Shown: positions 28,966 to 39,823 of the stretch, piece by piece
Layout: each line of letters opens with the position of its first letter
How positions within the stretch are numbered: the first letter of the stretch is position 1
Assembly (NCBI GenBank): GCA_963797465.1
Contig: CAWCPD010000003.1
Span: forward strand, 135,899 to 199,898
Origin: an uncultured Actinomycetota bacterium
GTDB taxonomy: Bacteria; Actinomycetota; Thermoleophilia; Gaiellales; Gaiellaceae
DNA: 64,000 nucleotides
Reading direction: 5' to 3'
Program-made: the position numbers and the translations under genes
The notes under the pieces: model-generated
Seen by the model: the letters and a program-made list of their open reading frames with translations, nothing else
Told to the model about the DNA's origin: nothing
Databases searched by the model: none

Positions 28966-28987
28966 CCTTTCCCGGCAGGCTGGGCAG

Positions 28988-29572
28988 ATGCCGACCTTCA
29001 CGCTCTCCCGCCGGCACGCGCTGCTCGCTGTCGTGTGCGTTCTCGTGGTGCTGCTGGCCGCGTCGCGGCTCGTCTCCGCGCCGCGCTCGGTCGCGCCCAC
29101 CGAGGCGAGCCCGCTCGTAGCGGCGCCTGCGGTGTCTCCGCCCGCGCCGAGCACGGTCGCAGTTGACGTCGAGGGAGCGGTGCGGCGGCCGGGTCTCTAC
29201 CACCTCCCGGCGGACGCGCGGATCGCCGACGCGATCGCGCGTGCCGGCGGCACGACCCGCCGTGCCGACAAGACGCTGGTCAACCTTGCGGCCCCACTCG
29301 CTGACGGGGAACAGGTGCTCGTTCCCCGGCTCGGGCTCGGCGGTGCCTCCGCGGCCGGAGCGTCGGGCCCGTCGCCGACCGCGCCGGTAGACCTGAACTC
29401 GGCCACGGTCCAGCAGCTCGACACGCTGCCCGGCGTCGGCCCGGTGACGGCGCAGAAGATCGTCGACTACCGCCGCGTGCATGGGCCGTTCACGTCGGTT
29501 GACCAGCTCGACGCGATCTCGGGAATCGGGCCCACGCGCATCGAGAACCTCCGCGCGCACGTGGTTCCATGA
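28988..29572 (+). CDS. comEA: competence protein ComEA (SLBB + helix-hairpin-helix DNA-binding)
   Basis: ATG 28988, N-terminal TM segment. C-terminal [19 protein letters not shown]...[12 protein letters not shown] HhH repeats. Confidence 0.85.
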   Translation: MPTFTLSRRHALLAVVCVLVVLLAASRLVSAPRSVAPTEASPLVAAPAVSPPAPSTVAVDVEGAVRRPGLYHLPADARIADAIARAGGTTRRADKTLVNLAAPLADGEQVLVPRLGLGGASAAGASGPSPTAPVDLNSATVQQLDTLPGVGPVTAQKIVDYRRVHGPFTSVDQLDAISGIGPTRIENLRAHVVP

Positions 29573-31060
29573 GCTCGGACGTGCGCGCATTCGCTTCGAC
29601 CGCGACGGCGGGCGGTGCGGCGATCTGGACGCGCGCGCCGGCCCACACGCTCGCGGCCGCACTCTGTCTCGGTCTTGCCGCGGCGAACGTCGCCCGGGTC
29701 CATGTGCTCGGCCTGGCCTGCTCTGTCCTCGCGGCGGGCGCCGTCGTCGCCTGCGAGTCTCCTAGCGCCCGTCTGGCGTGTGCGGGCATGCTGCTCGCCG
29801 CGCTCGGCTGGTGGTGGGCGAGCGAACGCCTGGAACTGCTCGATCGCAGTCCGCTCAGCGCGGAGATCGACCGCGCTGGAAGGGCGATCGTCGTCGTGAC
29901 GGCGCCTCCCCGAGCGCGCCGCTACGACATTCGCGTACAGGCTCGCGTCCGGCGCTTCGAGGGGAAGCGGGTCGACGAACGCGTCCAGCTCGAGCTTCCG
30001 CCGGGTCGCGCACCGCCGCAGGGTGCCACCCTCGAGGTGCTTGCCGTCATCCGTCTGCCGCGCGGCCCCGACCACGGGTTCGACGAACGCACCTGGTTGC
30101 GCCGGCACGGCGTGCACGTCGTCCTCCACGTCGACGACTGGAAGCTGGTCGGCCGGCGCGGCGGCGTCGGTGGGGTCGCGGACACGCTGCGCAGGAGCCT
30201 CGCGCGCTCCATCGCACCCGGTCTCTCGGGCGAGCGGCGCGCGGTCCTCGAAGGGATCGTGCTCGGCGACGACGAGGCGCTCTCCGACGGCCTGCGCCAG
30301 GAATTCCGTGCCTCGGGGCTCTACCACCTGCTCGCGGTCTCGGGACAGAACGTGATCCTCGTCGCGGGCGGCGTGCTCGTGCTCGCCTGGCTTCTCGGCG
30401 TGAACCGCTGGATCGGCGAGCTCGGCGCGCTCGCCGGTATTGCCGCCTACGTGCTCGCCGTCGGCGCCCAGCCATCGGTCGTCCGCGCGGGGATCGCAGG
30501 CTCGCTCGCCTCGTTGGCGTGGATCGCCGGCCGGCTCCGCGATGCCTGGTACGCGCTGCTCCTGGGCGCGATCGCGCTTCTCGCCTGGAACCCGTATCTC
30601 GTCTTCGACGCGGGGTTCCAACTGTCGTTCGCGGCGGTCGCGGCCATCTTCACGCTCGTGCCACGGCTGTCCCGACGGCTCGAGGGATTCCCGATGCCGG
30701 CGTTCGTCCGGACCGCCGTCGCCGTCTCGACCGCGTGCGGGATCGCAACCGCCCCGATCCTCTGGCTTCAGTTCGGCGCGCTGCCGCTGCTCAGCGGTGC
30801 CGGCGAATGCGCTGGCCGAGCCCGCGATCCCGTTCCTGCTCGGTCTCGCGTTCCTGACGGCCGGCCTAGGCACAGTCTCTCCCGAGGCAGCAGGGCTCGT
30901 CGCGTGGCTGAACGGCTGGCTCGCCGCCTACATCGGACTCTGCGCCCACGTGATCGGCTCGCTCCCGTTCGCGCAGATCACCAGCTACCGAGGGCTCGCC
31001 GTCCTCGCGGGCGCCGTGCTCGCCGCGGCCTATGCTTGGCGGCGATGGCCGACGAGCTGA
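29569..31060 (+). pseudogene. comEC: DNA internalisation competence protein ComEC/Rec2, one frame disruption (~30793-30800)
   Basis: ATGA overlap with comEA. GLYHLLAVSGQNV competence motif. The last 85 aa (VPANALAEPAIPFLLG...) continue in the frame of ORF 30440..31060. Confidence 0.8.
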
Positions 31061-32037
31061 AGCCCGCCTATCTGCTTGCGGGCAGCGACCGCCCGAAGGT
31101 CGACCGTGCGCTGCAGCGGTTACGTGGCCGGTTCGCGTCGGAAGCGGTCGAGCTGTACACCGCGGCGGAGCTGTCCGGGGAGGATGTCGTCGCCGCCGCC
31201 TACGCGCTCGGCCTCTTCGCGGGTGACGGGCGTCTCCTCGTCGTCGACGGGGTCGAGACGTGGAAGGCCGACGACGCCAAGGCGATCGCCGTGTACCTGA
31301 AGGCGCCGACCCCGGCCACCACGCTCGCGCTCGTCGGCGGAGAGCTCAAGAAGGACGCGCCGCTCGCGAAAGCGGTCGCCGCGACCGGCGAGCTCCTGAT
31401 CTGGGAGGTCGCCAAGAAAGGACTTCAGGGCTGGGTGTCCGAGCAGTTCAGGCTGCACGAGGCGCACGCCGACCCGGACGCCTGCCGAGCCCTGATCGAG
31501 CTCGTGGGCGACGACCTCTACGAGCTCGCGACCGAGGTCGACAAGCTCGCGACCTGGGCTGCGGGCGAGCCCGTCACGGCCGCGGCGGTCGGCGAGCTGG
31601 TCGCGGCGCGGGCCGGGGCGAACAACTTCGCGCTCACGGACGCCTGGGGAGCGCGCGACGCCGTCGCCGTGCTGCGAGCCACGGAGCACCTGCTCGAGCG
31701 CACGCCCGACCCGCGCTCGCGCACGATCCCGCGCGTTGCCGCGACCCTCACGAGCCACCTTGGCAGGCTTCGCGCCTGCCAGGCCCTCGAGGCGGAGGGA
31801 CTCACGTCCAAGGACGCCGCGGCGCGCATGAAGCAGCACCCGTTCTACGTGCAGAAGCTCTATGCCCAAGCGCGAAACTTCACGCCCGACGAGCTGCGCG
31901 ACGCGACGGTGCGCCTCGCGGAGCTCGACCACGCGCTCAAGGGCGGCTCACGCCTGACGGGCGAGCTCGAGCTCGAGCGTGCCCTGGTCGAGATCGCCCA
32001 ACCGCGTCGGCCGACAGGCCACGCGCCGACGACCTGA
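31045..32037 (+). CDS. holA: DNA polymerase III delta subunit
   Basis: In-frame ATG 31045 (MADELKPAYLLAGSDRPKV). About 330 aa. Position after comEC is the conserved gene order. Confidence 0.8.
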   Translation: MADELKPAYLLAGSDRPKVDRALQRLRGRFASEAVELYTAAELSGEDVVAAAYALGLFAGDGRLLVVDGVETWKADDAKAIAVYLKAPTPATTLALVGGELKKDAPLAKAVAATGELLIWEVAKKGLQGWVSEQFRLHEAHADPDACRALIELVGDDLYELATEVDKLATWAAGEPVTAAAVGELVAARAGANNFALTDAWGARDAVAVLRATEHLLERTPDPRSRTIPRVAATLTSHLGRLRACQALEAEGLTSKDAAARMKQHPFYVQKLYAQARNFTPDELRDATVRLAELDHALKGGSRLTGELELERALVEIAQPRRPTGHAPTT

Positions 32038-32065
32038 CGCGGCGACGCCCGGAGCCGACCGCGGG

Positions 32066-32329
32066 CTACTCGCCGCGCGCGGCGAGACGGGCGGCCTGCG
32101 ACTTCTTCCGCGCGGCCGTGTTCCGGTGCAGCGCGCCGCGCGCGACAGCACGGTCGATCCACTTGACGAGGCCCCGGTGCTCGGTCTCGACCGCGACAGC
32201 CTCGCCCTCCTCGACCGCGGTCGCAAGGCGCTTCGTCAGCGTCTTGATCGTCGAGCGGTAGCGCAGATTCTCGAGCCGCTGGTCGGCGGCGGTGCGGATC
32301 CGCTTCTTCTGCTGGGTGATGTTCGCCAT
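32066..32329 (-). CDS. rpsT: 30S ribosomal protein S20
   Basis: MANITQQKKRIRTAADQRLENLRYRSTIKT..., 87 aa, ATG at 32329. Confidence 0.92.
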   Translation of the reverse strand: MANITQQKKRIRTAADQRLENLRYRSTIKTLTKRLATAVEEGEAVAVETEHRGLVKWIDRAVARGALHRNTAARKKSQAARLAARGE

Positions 32330-32446
32330 GACGTGAAGGACTGCGTGAAAACGCCCGCGTCGGCGGGCTCGCCGATGGTAGCAAAGCCTATCCGCGAACG
32401 CCCTTGCCCGGCCGCAGCGCCGCGTATCGTGCGGCGCGGTGACGAC

Positions 32447-34072
32447 GTGACCACCTCCGGTCCGGGTGAAGGCGCCGGTCCCGGCGCCACGCCGGACGGG
32501 CCGCCGTTCACCCCCGGCCACGCTCGCCGGCTCGCCTGGTCGACCGCCATCTTCTCGTTCGCGACCGGCATCTCGCGCGTGCTCGGCCTCATCCGGGAGA
32601 TCGTGGCGAAGAACTACTTCGGCGTCGAGGGCAAGGTCAACGCATTCCAGATCGCGTTTCTCGTCCCGAACACGGTGCGCGCGCTCGTCGCCGACACCGC
32701 GGTCTCGTCCGCCTTCGTGCCGGTCTTCAGCGACCTGCTCGAGAAGGGCGAGCGCAAGCGCGCCTGGCGCGTCGCGTCGAGCCTCCTCTGGCTGATGCTG
32801 CTCGGGCTCGGGGCGCTCACGGCGCTCTTCATCCTCGTCGCGCCGCTCGTGATGCCGCGGCTCTACCCCTATGACCACGACCTCGTCATCGGCCTGTCGC
32901 AGCTGCTCTTCCCGATCGTCGCGCTGCTCGGTGCCTCGGGGATCATCGTCGGGATCCTCAACACGTACGACGAGTTCGCGGTCCCTGCGCTCGCACCCGT
33001 CGCCTGGAACCTCGCGATCATCCTCGGGCTCGTCCTCGGCGTGCCGCGCGCCGACACGGCCGACGGCAAGCTCTATGTCTACGCCGGCGCGATCCTCGTC
33101 GGCACCGTGATTCAGGTGCTGCTTCCCGTGCCGTGGCTGCGCGGGCGCGGCGGCCGGCTCGAGCTCGTGCTCGACTGGCGCGACCCCGCGGTTCGCCAGG
33201 TGCTGAAGCTGATGCTGCCGGTTTCGCTCGGCCTGGGCCTCATCAACATCAACGCGTTGATCGACGGCGTGATCGCCGCGAACCGGATCAATGCCGACAT
33301 CGGCCCGTCCGCGATCGACGCGGCGTTCCGGATCTACATGCTCCCGCAGGGGATCTTCTCGGTCGCGGTCGCGACGGTGCTGTTCCCGTCACTTTCCCGC
33401 TTCGCCTCGCGCGGCGACCTCGTCGGCTTCCGCGGCACGGTCTCGCTCGGGGTGCGGCAGATCGTGTTTCTGCTCGTCCCGGCGAGCATCGTCTGCGCGG
33501 TGCTCGCCGAGCCGCTCACCCGGCTGATCTATCAGCGCGGCGCGTTCACGCCCGGCCAGACCCCGGTCGTGGCCGCTTCGCTCGCGGCGTTCTCCCTCGG
33601 GCTCACGTTCAACGGGACGATGCTGATGCTGAACCGGGCGTTCTTCAGCCTTCAGTCGAACTGGGTCCCGACGCTCGTCGCGCTCGGGAACCTGTTCGTC
33701 AACGTGCTGCTCGACCTCGCGTTCGTGCCGCTCGGCGTCTGGGGGATCCCGCTCGCGACCTCGCTCGTCAACATCGCCGGGACCGCGACGCTCCTCGTCC
33801 TGCTGCGCCGCCGCGTGGGCCGGATCCACTTCGGCGAGATGGCAAGCTCCTCGGTCCGGATCGTGATCGCAGCACTCCTCGCAGGCGGAGCCGCGTTCGG
33901 CGTCTGGTACGGGCTGGACGACGCGTTCGGCCGCGGGCTCGCCGGCCAGCTCGTCTCCCTCGTCCTCGGACTGTCGATTGCCGCCGTCGTCTACATCGGG
34001 GCGTGCCTCGTCCTCCGCGTCCGCGAGCTCGACACGCTCCGTTCGCTGAGCTCGCGTCTCAGCCGCACCTGA
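32447..34072 (+). CDS. murJ: lipid II flippase MurJ (MviN)
   Basis: SRVLGLIREIVAKNYFG, AFQIAFLVPN, and 12 or more hydrophobic segments. GTG 32447 chosen as start (uncertain). Confidence 0.85.
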   Translation: MTTSGPGEGAGPGATPDGPPFTPGHARRLAWSTAIFSFATGISRVLGLIREIVAKNYFGVEGKVNAFQIAFLVPNTVRALVADTAVSSAFVPVFSDLLEKGERKRAWRVASSLLWLMLLGLGALTALFILVAPLVMPRLYPYDHDLVIGLSQLLFPIVALLGASGIIVGILNTYDEFAVPALAPVAWNLAIILGLVLGVPRADTADGKLYVYAGAILVGTVIQVLLPVPWLRGRGGRLELVLDWRDPAVRQVLKLMLPVSLGLGLININALIDGVIAANRINADIGPSAIDAAFRIYMLPQGIFSVAVATVLFPSLSRFASRGDLVGFRGTVSLGVRQIVFLLVPASIVCAVLAEPLTRLIYQRGAFTPGQTPVVAASLAAFSLGLTFNGTMLMLNRAFFSLQSNWVPTLVALGNLFVNVLLDLAFVPLGVWGIPLATSLVNIAGTATLLVLLRRRVGRIHFGEMASSSVRIVIAALLAGGAAFGVWYGLDDAFGRGLAGQLVSLVLGLSIAAVVYIGACLVLRVRELDTLRSLSSRLSRT

Positions 34073-34284
34073 TTTCGGGGAACGACCTCGAACGGACGCG
34101 CGGTGCTCCCGAGTCCCGCGCTCGCCGCCGGTCGAACGACGCGAACGGATCGACCTCATCCGTCCACGAGTCCCGAGACGGCCGAACCGCCCATGTCCAA
34201 ACCGGCCAGGATTCGCGCAGTCCCCCGCCCTTCTGGGTGGGGGCCGACCCGGCCGCCCTCGGCGGCTGACGATACCGGGGAAGC

Positions 34285-34323
34285 GCGCACGTGTCCGTGA
34301 CGAAAGCGTGCCGATTGTGGAAC
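34285..34323 (-). repeat. array of 11-bp-phased hexamers (copy D, reverse orientation)
   Basis: Plus-strand GCGCAC@34285, CGTGAC@34296, CGTGCC@34307, TGGAAC@34318. The reverse complement matches the GTCACG/GGCACG units of the other copies. Confidence 0.8.
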
Positions 34324-34484
34324 TTTCGACGAGCGGTCGGCGTGGCGCCCGCTCGCCGCGGCCGGCCAGCCGTCGGCACGCTGCGACTCGGCGCCACGAC
34401 CTCACCCACGCGGAGTGCGCGCGAGAGACGCGCCACCCTCGATCGGCGCGCGGTTCGATTCGAGCGACCCTGGTCGGCCACCGC

Positions 34485-35483
34485 TCACGCGGCGACCGTC
34501 TGCCGCTCCCCCAGCACTCCGGCGATCGCCGCGATCGCCTGGCGCAGTCGCTCGTCGTGTGCTCCGGAGATTACGACGTGCCGCGCTCCGAGCTCGTCCA
34601 GCCCGCGCACGTACGCCTCGTGCATCGTCGCGCGGTGCGGTCCGTCGCGCCGCGCGACGAGCTCGTCCTGGGCGAACGGGGTCGCCGGATCGCACACGAT
34701 GTAGAGGTCGTACTCGCGCTTCGCCAGGCGATCCACCTCCGGCGCGCGGTGTCCGAGGTAGAGCTCGTGAAAGAGGGCGGTCGTCCACGCATTCGTATCG
34801 CAGAAGAGCACGCGGTTCGCGGACTCGGCGAGCACGTCCTCGTACCAGTTCTGGATCCGCGCGATCCCGACGAACTCGGCCGTTGTCCAGCTCTCCCAGT
34901 CGTCGGCGGGCTCAGCTCGGAACCACGAGTAGACGTGCCCGAACTCCGGGTTCCAGACCGTGTCGTAGTGGGCGGCGAGCGCGCGGGCAAGCGTCGTCTT
35001 GCCCGTGCTCTCGGCGCCGACGAGACACACGCGCTTGACATAGTGGCCTCGCGCGCCGCGGCTCAGATAGCCGAAATGCCGTTGTGGGTCGCTACGGATC
35101 CGGGTCGCGCTGATCGGCACGGTGCGGCGCCGCCGGTCGACCAGCTCGTGGTCGGCGCCCATCGCCTTCGCCCAGGCGGTGCCGTACCGCTCCGAGCTGA
35201 AGACGACGTCGGGCGCACCGCCGAGCAGACGCACGGTCTCACGTGCCCAACTCGCCGTATCGTCGTCTGCGAGCCCCGCGTCGTCCTGGTCGAACACGAC
35301 CACCGTCGCGTCTGGAACGGCTGCCTCGATCCAGCGGCGGCGCAGCTCGCCGGGGATGGCGTGGTCGCGACGCGCGACCACGATCACTGTCACGTGGCGG
35401 GCACGAGCGACGGCGACGCCGAGCAGGTACTCGTGGCCTGTGTGGAAGGGAAGGAACTGCCGATCACGACGCCGCGCTCCCAC
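34485..35483 (-). CDS. nadR: NadR-type nicotinamide-nucleotide adenylyltransferase / ribosylnicotinamide kinase (N-terminus split across frames)
   Basis: FLPFHTGHEYL (HxGH nucleotidyltransferase motif) and GAESTGKTTL (kinase P-loop). The expected preceding strand GVVIG lies in the pnuC frame, implying a 1-nt indel near 35455-35462. Confidence 0.75.
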   Translation of the reverse strand: MGARRRDRQFLPFHTGHEYLLGVAVARARHVTVIVVARRDHAIPGELRRRWIEAAVPDATVVVFDQDDAGLADDDTASWARETVRLLGGAPDVVFSSERYGTAWAKAMGADHELVDRRRRTVPISATRIRSDPQRHFGYLSRGARGHYVKRVCLVGAESTGKTTLARALAAHYDTVWNPEFGHVYSWFRAEPADDWESWTTAEFVGIARIQNWYEDVLAESANRVLFCDTNAWTTALFHELYLGHRAPEVDRLAKREYDLYIVCDPATPFAQDELVARRDGPHRATMHEAYVRGLDELGARHVVISGAHDERLRQAIAAIAGVLGERQTVAA

Positions 35484-36145
35484 CGCGACCTCGACCGCTC
35501 CAGCGTCGCGCGCCAGTCGCGCCAGCCCTTCACGCACTTGAGCGCGAAGACGACGTAGAGGACGCCGGTCAGCGGCAGCTCCTTGACGAAGTAGAGCGGG
35601 ATGTAGATCGCGTCGGCGGCGAGCCACACGAGCCAGTTCTCGATCTGCTTGCGGCCTTGCATCCAGGTCGCGGCGAGGCTGAGGGCAGTCGTGACCGCGT
35701 CGGCGAGTGGTGCTGCGTCGCCGACCGAGCGCAGGTAGAGGAACATGCCGTAGCTCGCGGCCGCCGCCACGACGACCAGCAGCGTCGCCTCCGTCCCCCC
35801 GATGCGTGCGATCGGGCGCGATTCGCGCTCGCCCGCTCCGTGCCGCCAGTACCACCAGCCCCACAGTCCGAGCACGATGGAGACGAGCTGGAGGGCGCTG
35901 TCGGCGTCAAAATGGGCCTCGGCGAACACGACCAGAAACAGCGCGGCGTTCGCGATTCCGGCCGGCCACGTCCAGATGCTCTCGCGGACGAGGAGCCAGA
36001 CGGCGAGCGCGCCCGTGACGAAGCCGAGCGCCTCGACGGTCGAGAACGGGAGCGGGCCGGCGAGCGTGCCCGCGAGCAGGAACGCGGAGCCGGCCGCGCC
36101 GACGATCGCGTCTCGCCTGTGGATGATCTGAGCGAGGTGGGTCAC
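35390..36145 (-). CDS. pnuC: nicotinamide riboside transporter PnuC
   Basis: GTG 36145 preceded by GGGAGG. Hydrophobic 7-TM protein with the WWYW motif (LGLWGWWYWRHG). The 3' end overlaps nadR because of the presumed indel. Confidence 0.8.
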   Translation of the reverse strand: MTHLAQIIHRRDAIVGAAGSAFLLAGTLAGPLPFSTVEALGFVTGALAVWLLVRESIWTWPAGIANAALFLVVFAEAHFDADSALQLVSIVLGLWGWWYWRHGAGERESRPIARIGGTEATLLVVVAAAASYGMFLYLRSVGDAAPLADAVTTALSLAATWMQGRKQIENWLVWLAADAIYIPLYFVKELPLTGVLYVVFALKCVKGWRDWRATLERSRSRWERGVVIGSSFPSTQATSTCSASPSLVPAT

Positions 36146-36307
36146 CTCGACCTCCCTTGTTGGTTTCCGCCCGGGTGGACGGTTCGCCCCGGAATGGGCC
36201 AGGGAGCTCGATCAGGAACGCCCCCTGTCTGCGTTGTGCGTCGAGGGTAGCCGGTTTTCGTCCAACAGGCGAAAACAGGTCGCAAAGCTACCATCGCCGA
36301 TCAGCCC

Positions 36308-38104
<1,797 letters not shown>

Positions 38105-38518
38105 CGAGCGCGTCGACGTCTGCGTCCGAGCCGAGCGTCGCGAGGCGATCGAGCCCTCCGCGCGACCGGCATCTGAACCTCCGGACGAGCACGCCTGAAC
38201 CCGCGCAGGCGGCACGGTCGCGACGCGTCGTGGCCGATCGGCCGAGAGCTCCGTGCGCGTCGCGTCCGAGGATACGAGCGAGCGGCGAGTCGGTCGAGGC
38301 CGTCGCGCGGCGGGCGGAGCGAGGTACGCTCGTACATCGGCGTCGTGGCGGCCTGCGACTCGGCGCTCGGATTCGCGGCGCGACGGCGCGACCGGCGTCG
38401 TCGATCGCCGGCAAGGCGCGGAGCTCGTCGTACTCTCGGATCCCGGCATATCGCCGGCGATCGAGTCGTCGCGCGGCTCACTGGGATCGACGCGTCGTCG
38501 CGAGCTCGACGGGCGCGC

Positions 38519-39648
38519 GTGACGGCGCACGCATCTGTACGTCCACCTGCCGTTCTGCGCGCACCGCTGCGGCTACTGCGACTTCGTCACCGCGGTCGGG
38601 CGGCAGCGGCGAGCACTCGCGCTACGTCGACGCGCTGATCGCGGAGCTCGAGCTGGAGCGGGGCTCGCTCGCGCCGCGGCTCGAGACGATCTTCCTCGGC
38701 GGCGGCACGCCGACCTTCACCGAGCCGGCCGCGCTCGAGCGGCTGCTCGCCGCGCTGCCGGACGCCGACGAGGTGACGGTCGAGGCGAACCCCGAGACGG
38801 TCACGTCCGAACTGGCCAGGCTTCTGCAACGAAACCGTGTCAACCGTGTGTCAATAGGCGCACAAAGCTTCCACATGCACCTTCTGGACGTGTTGGAGCG
38901 GAGCGCGCGGCCGCAAGATGTTCGGCGTGCCGTTCACGTCCTCCGCGATGCGGGCTTCGACAACCTCTCGCTCGATCTCATCTACGGGATCCCGGGCCAG
39001 AGCGCCTCCGACCTCGCAGCGCGACCTCGCCGAGGCCCTGGCGCTCGAGCCCGAGCACCTCTCCGCGTACGAGCTGGAGGCGAAGCCGGGCACGCGCTTC
39101 ACGCACGCGCACGGCGCCGAGCTGGAACGCCAGGCCGAGTCGATGGAGTCCTACTTCGAGCTCGTCGTCGAGACGCTGACGGCGGCCGGCTATCGCTGGT
39201 ACGAGACGGCGAACTTCTGCCGGACGCCCGGGCGACGTCGACGGCGCCGCCGACGGGCGCGACCTGCGCTCGCGCCACAACCTCGGCTACTGGCTCGGGC
39301 ACGACTACCTCGGCGTCGGCGTGGGCGCGGTCAGCACAATCGAGAATCGGCGCTGGCGGAACGCCCCTTCGATCCGCCGCTACGTCGCCGCGCTCGAGGC
39401 GGGCCGATCGCCCGCCGCGCGAGCTCGAGGAGCTCTCGCCGGCGACGCGCGAGACGGAGCGCGTGATGCTGGGCCTGCGCCTCGACGAGCCCGTCGAGCT
39501 CGCCGGCCTCGAGGAGCATCCTCGACGCAGCGCGAGCTCGGGCGGCTCGAGCGGCTCGGCCTCGCGGAGCGCCGACGGGGACGGGCTGGCGCTGACGGCG
39601 CGCGGGCGCTTCCTCGGCGACGCCGTCACGGCGGCGTTGCTCGCCTGA
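38519..39648 (+). pseudogene. hemW: radical SAM haem chaperone HemW (HemN-like), at least 6 frame disruptions
   Basis: LYVHLPFCAHRCGYCDF, IFLGGGTPT, NRVSIGAQSF, IYGIPGQS and LSAYELEAKPGTRF are spread over several frames. Position after lepA is conserved. Confidence 0.8.
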
Positions 39649-39823
39649 GGCGTCGACACGGCGAAGCCGTGGCGACCCACGGTGGCGTGCGAAGCGTGGT
39701 GTGGCCGCTGCGCGCGACTGCACGACCTCGACCTGGCTCCGCTGGGTGGGGACGGATCGTCCCGCCGCCTTCCGGGGCCGCGGGCGGGCGCGCGATCGTG
39801 CAGCTCGCCTACCATGGCGCGGG

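Noticed and set aside
29569-32037. Apparent 822-aa ComEC-HolA fusion ORF, and the 842-aa HK-RR fusion ORF at 54270-56798.
   Set aside because: Both are artefacts of single-base frame disruptions that bypass the natural stop codons. The separate genes, with overlapping stop/start junctions, are recoverable.
39649-39823. Expected CIRCE operator (TTAGCACTC-N9-GAGTGCTAA) upstream of hrcA-dnaJ.
   Set aside because: No CIRCE-like inverted repeat found here or elsewhere in the window. Absence upstream of hrcA is not unusual in Actinobacteria, where CIRCE sits at the groE loci, so this is not treated as a finding.
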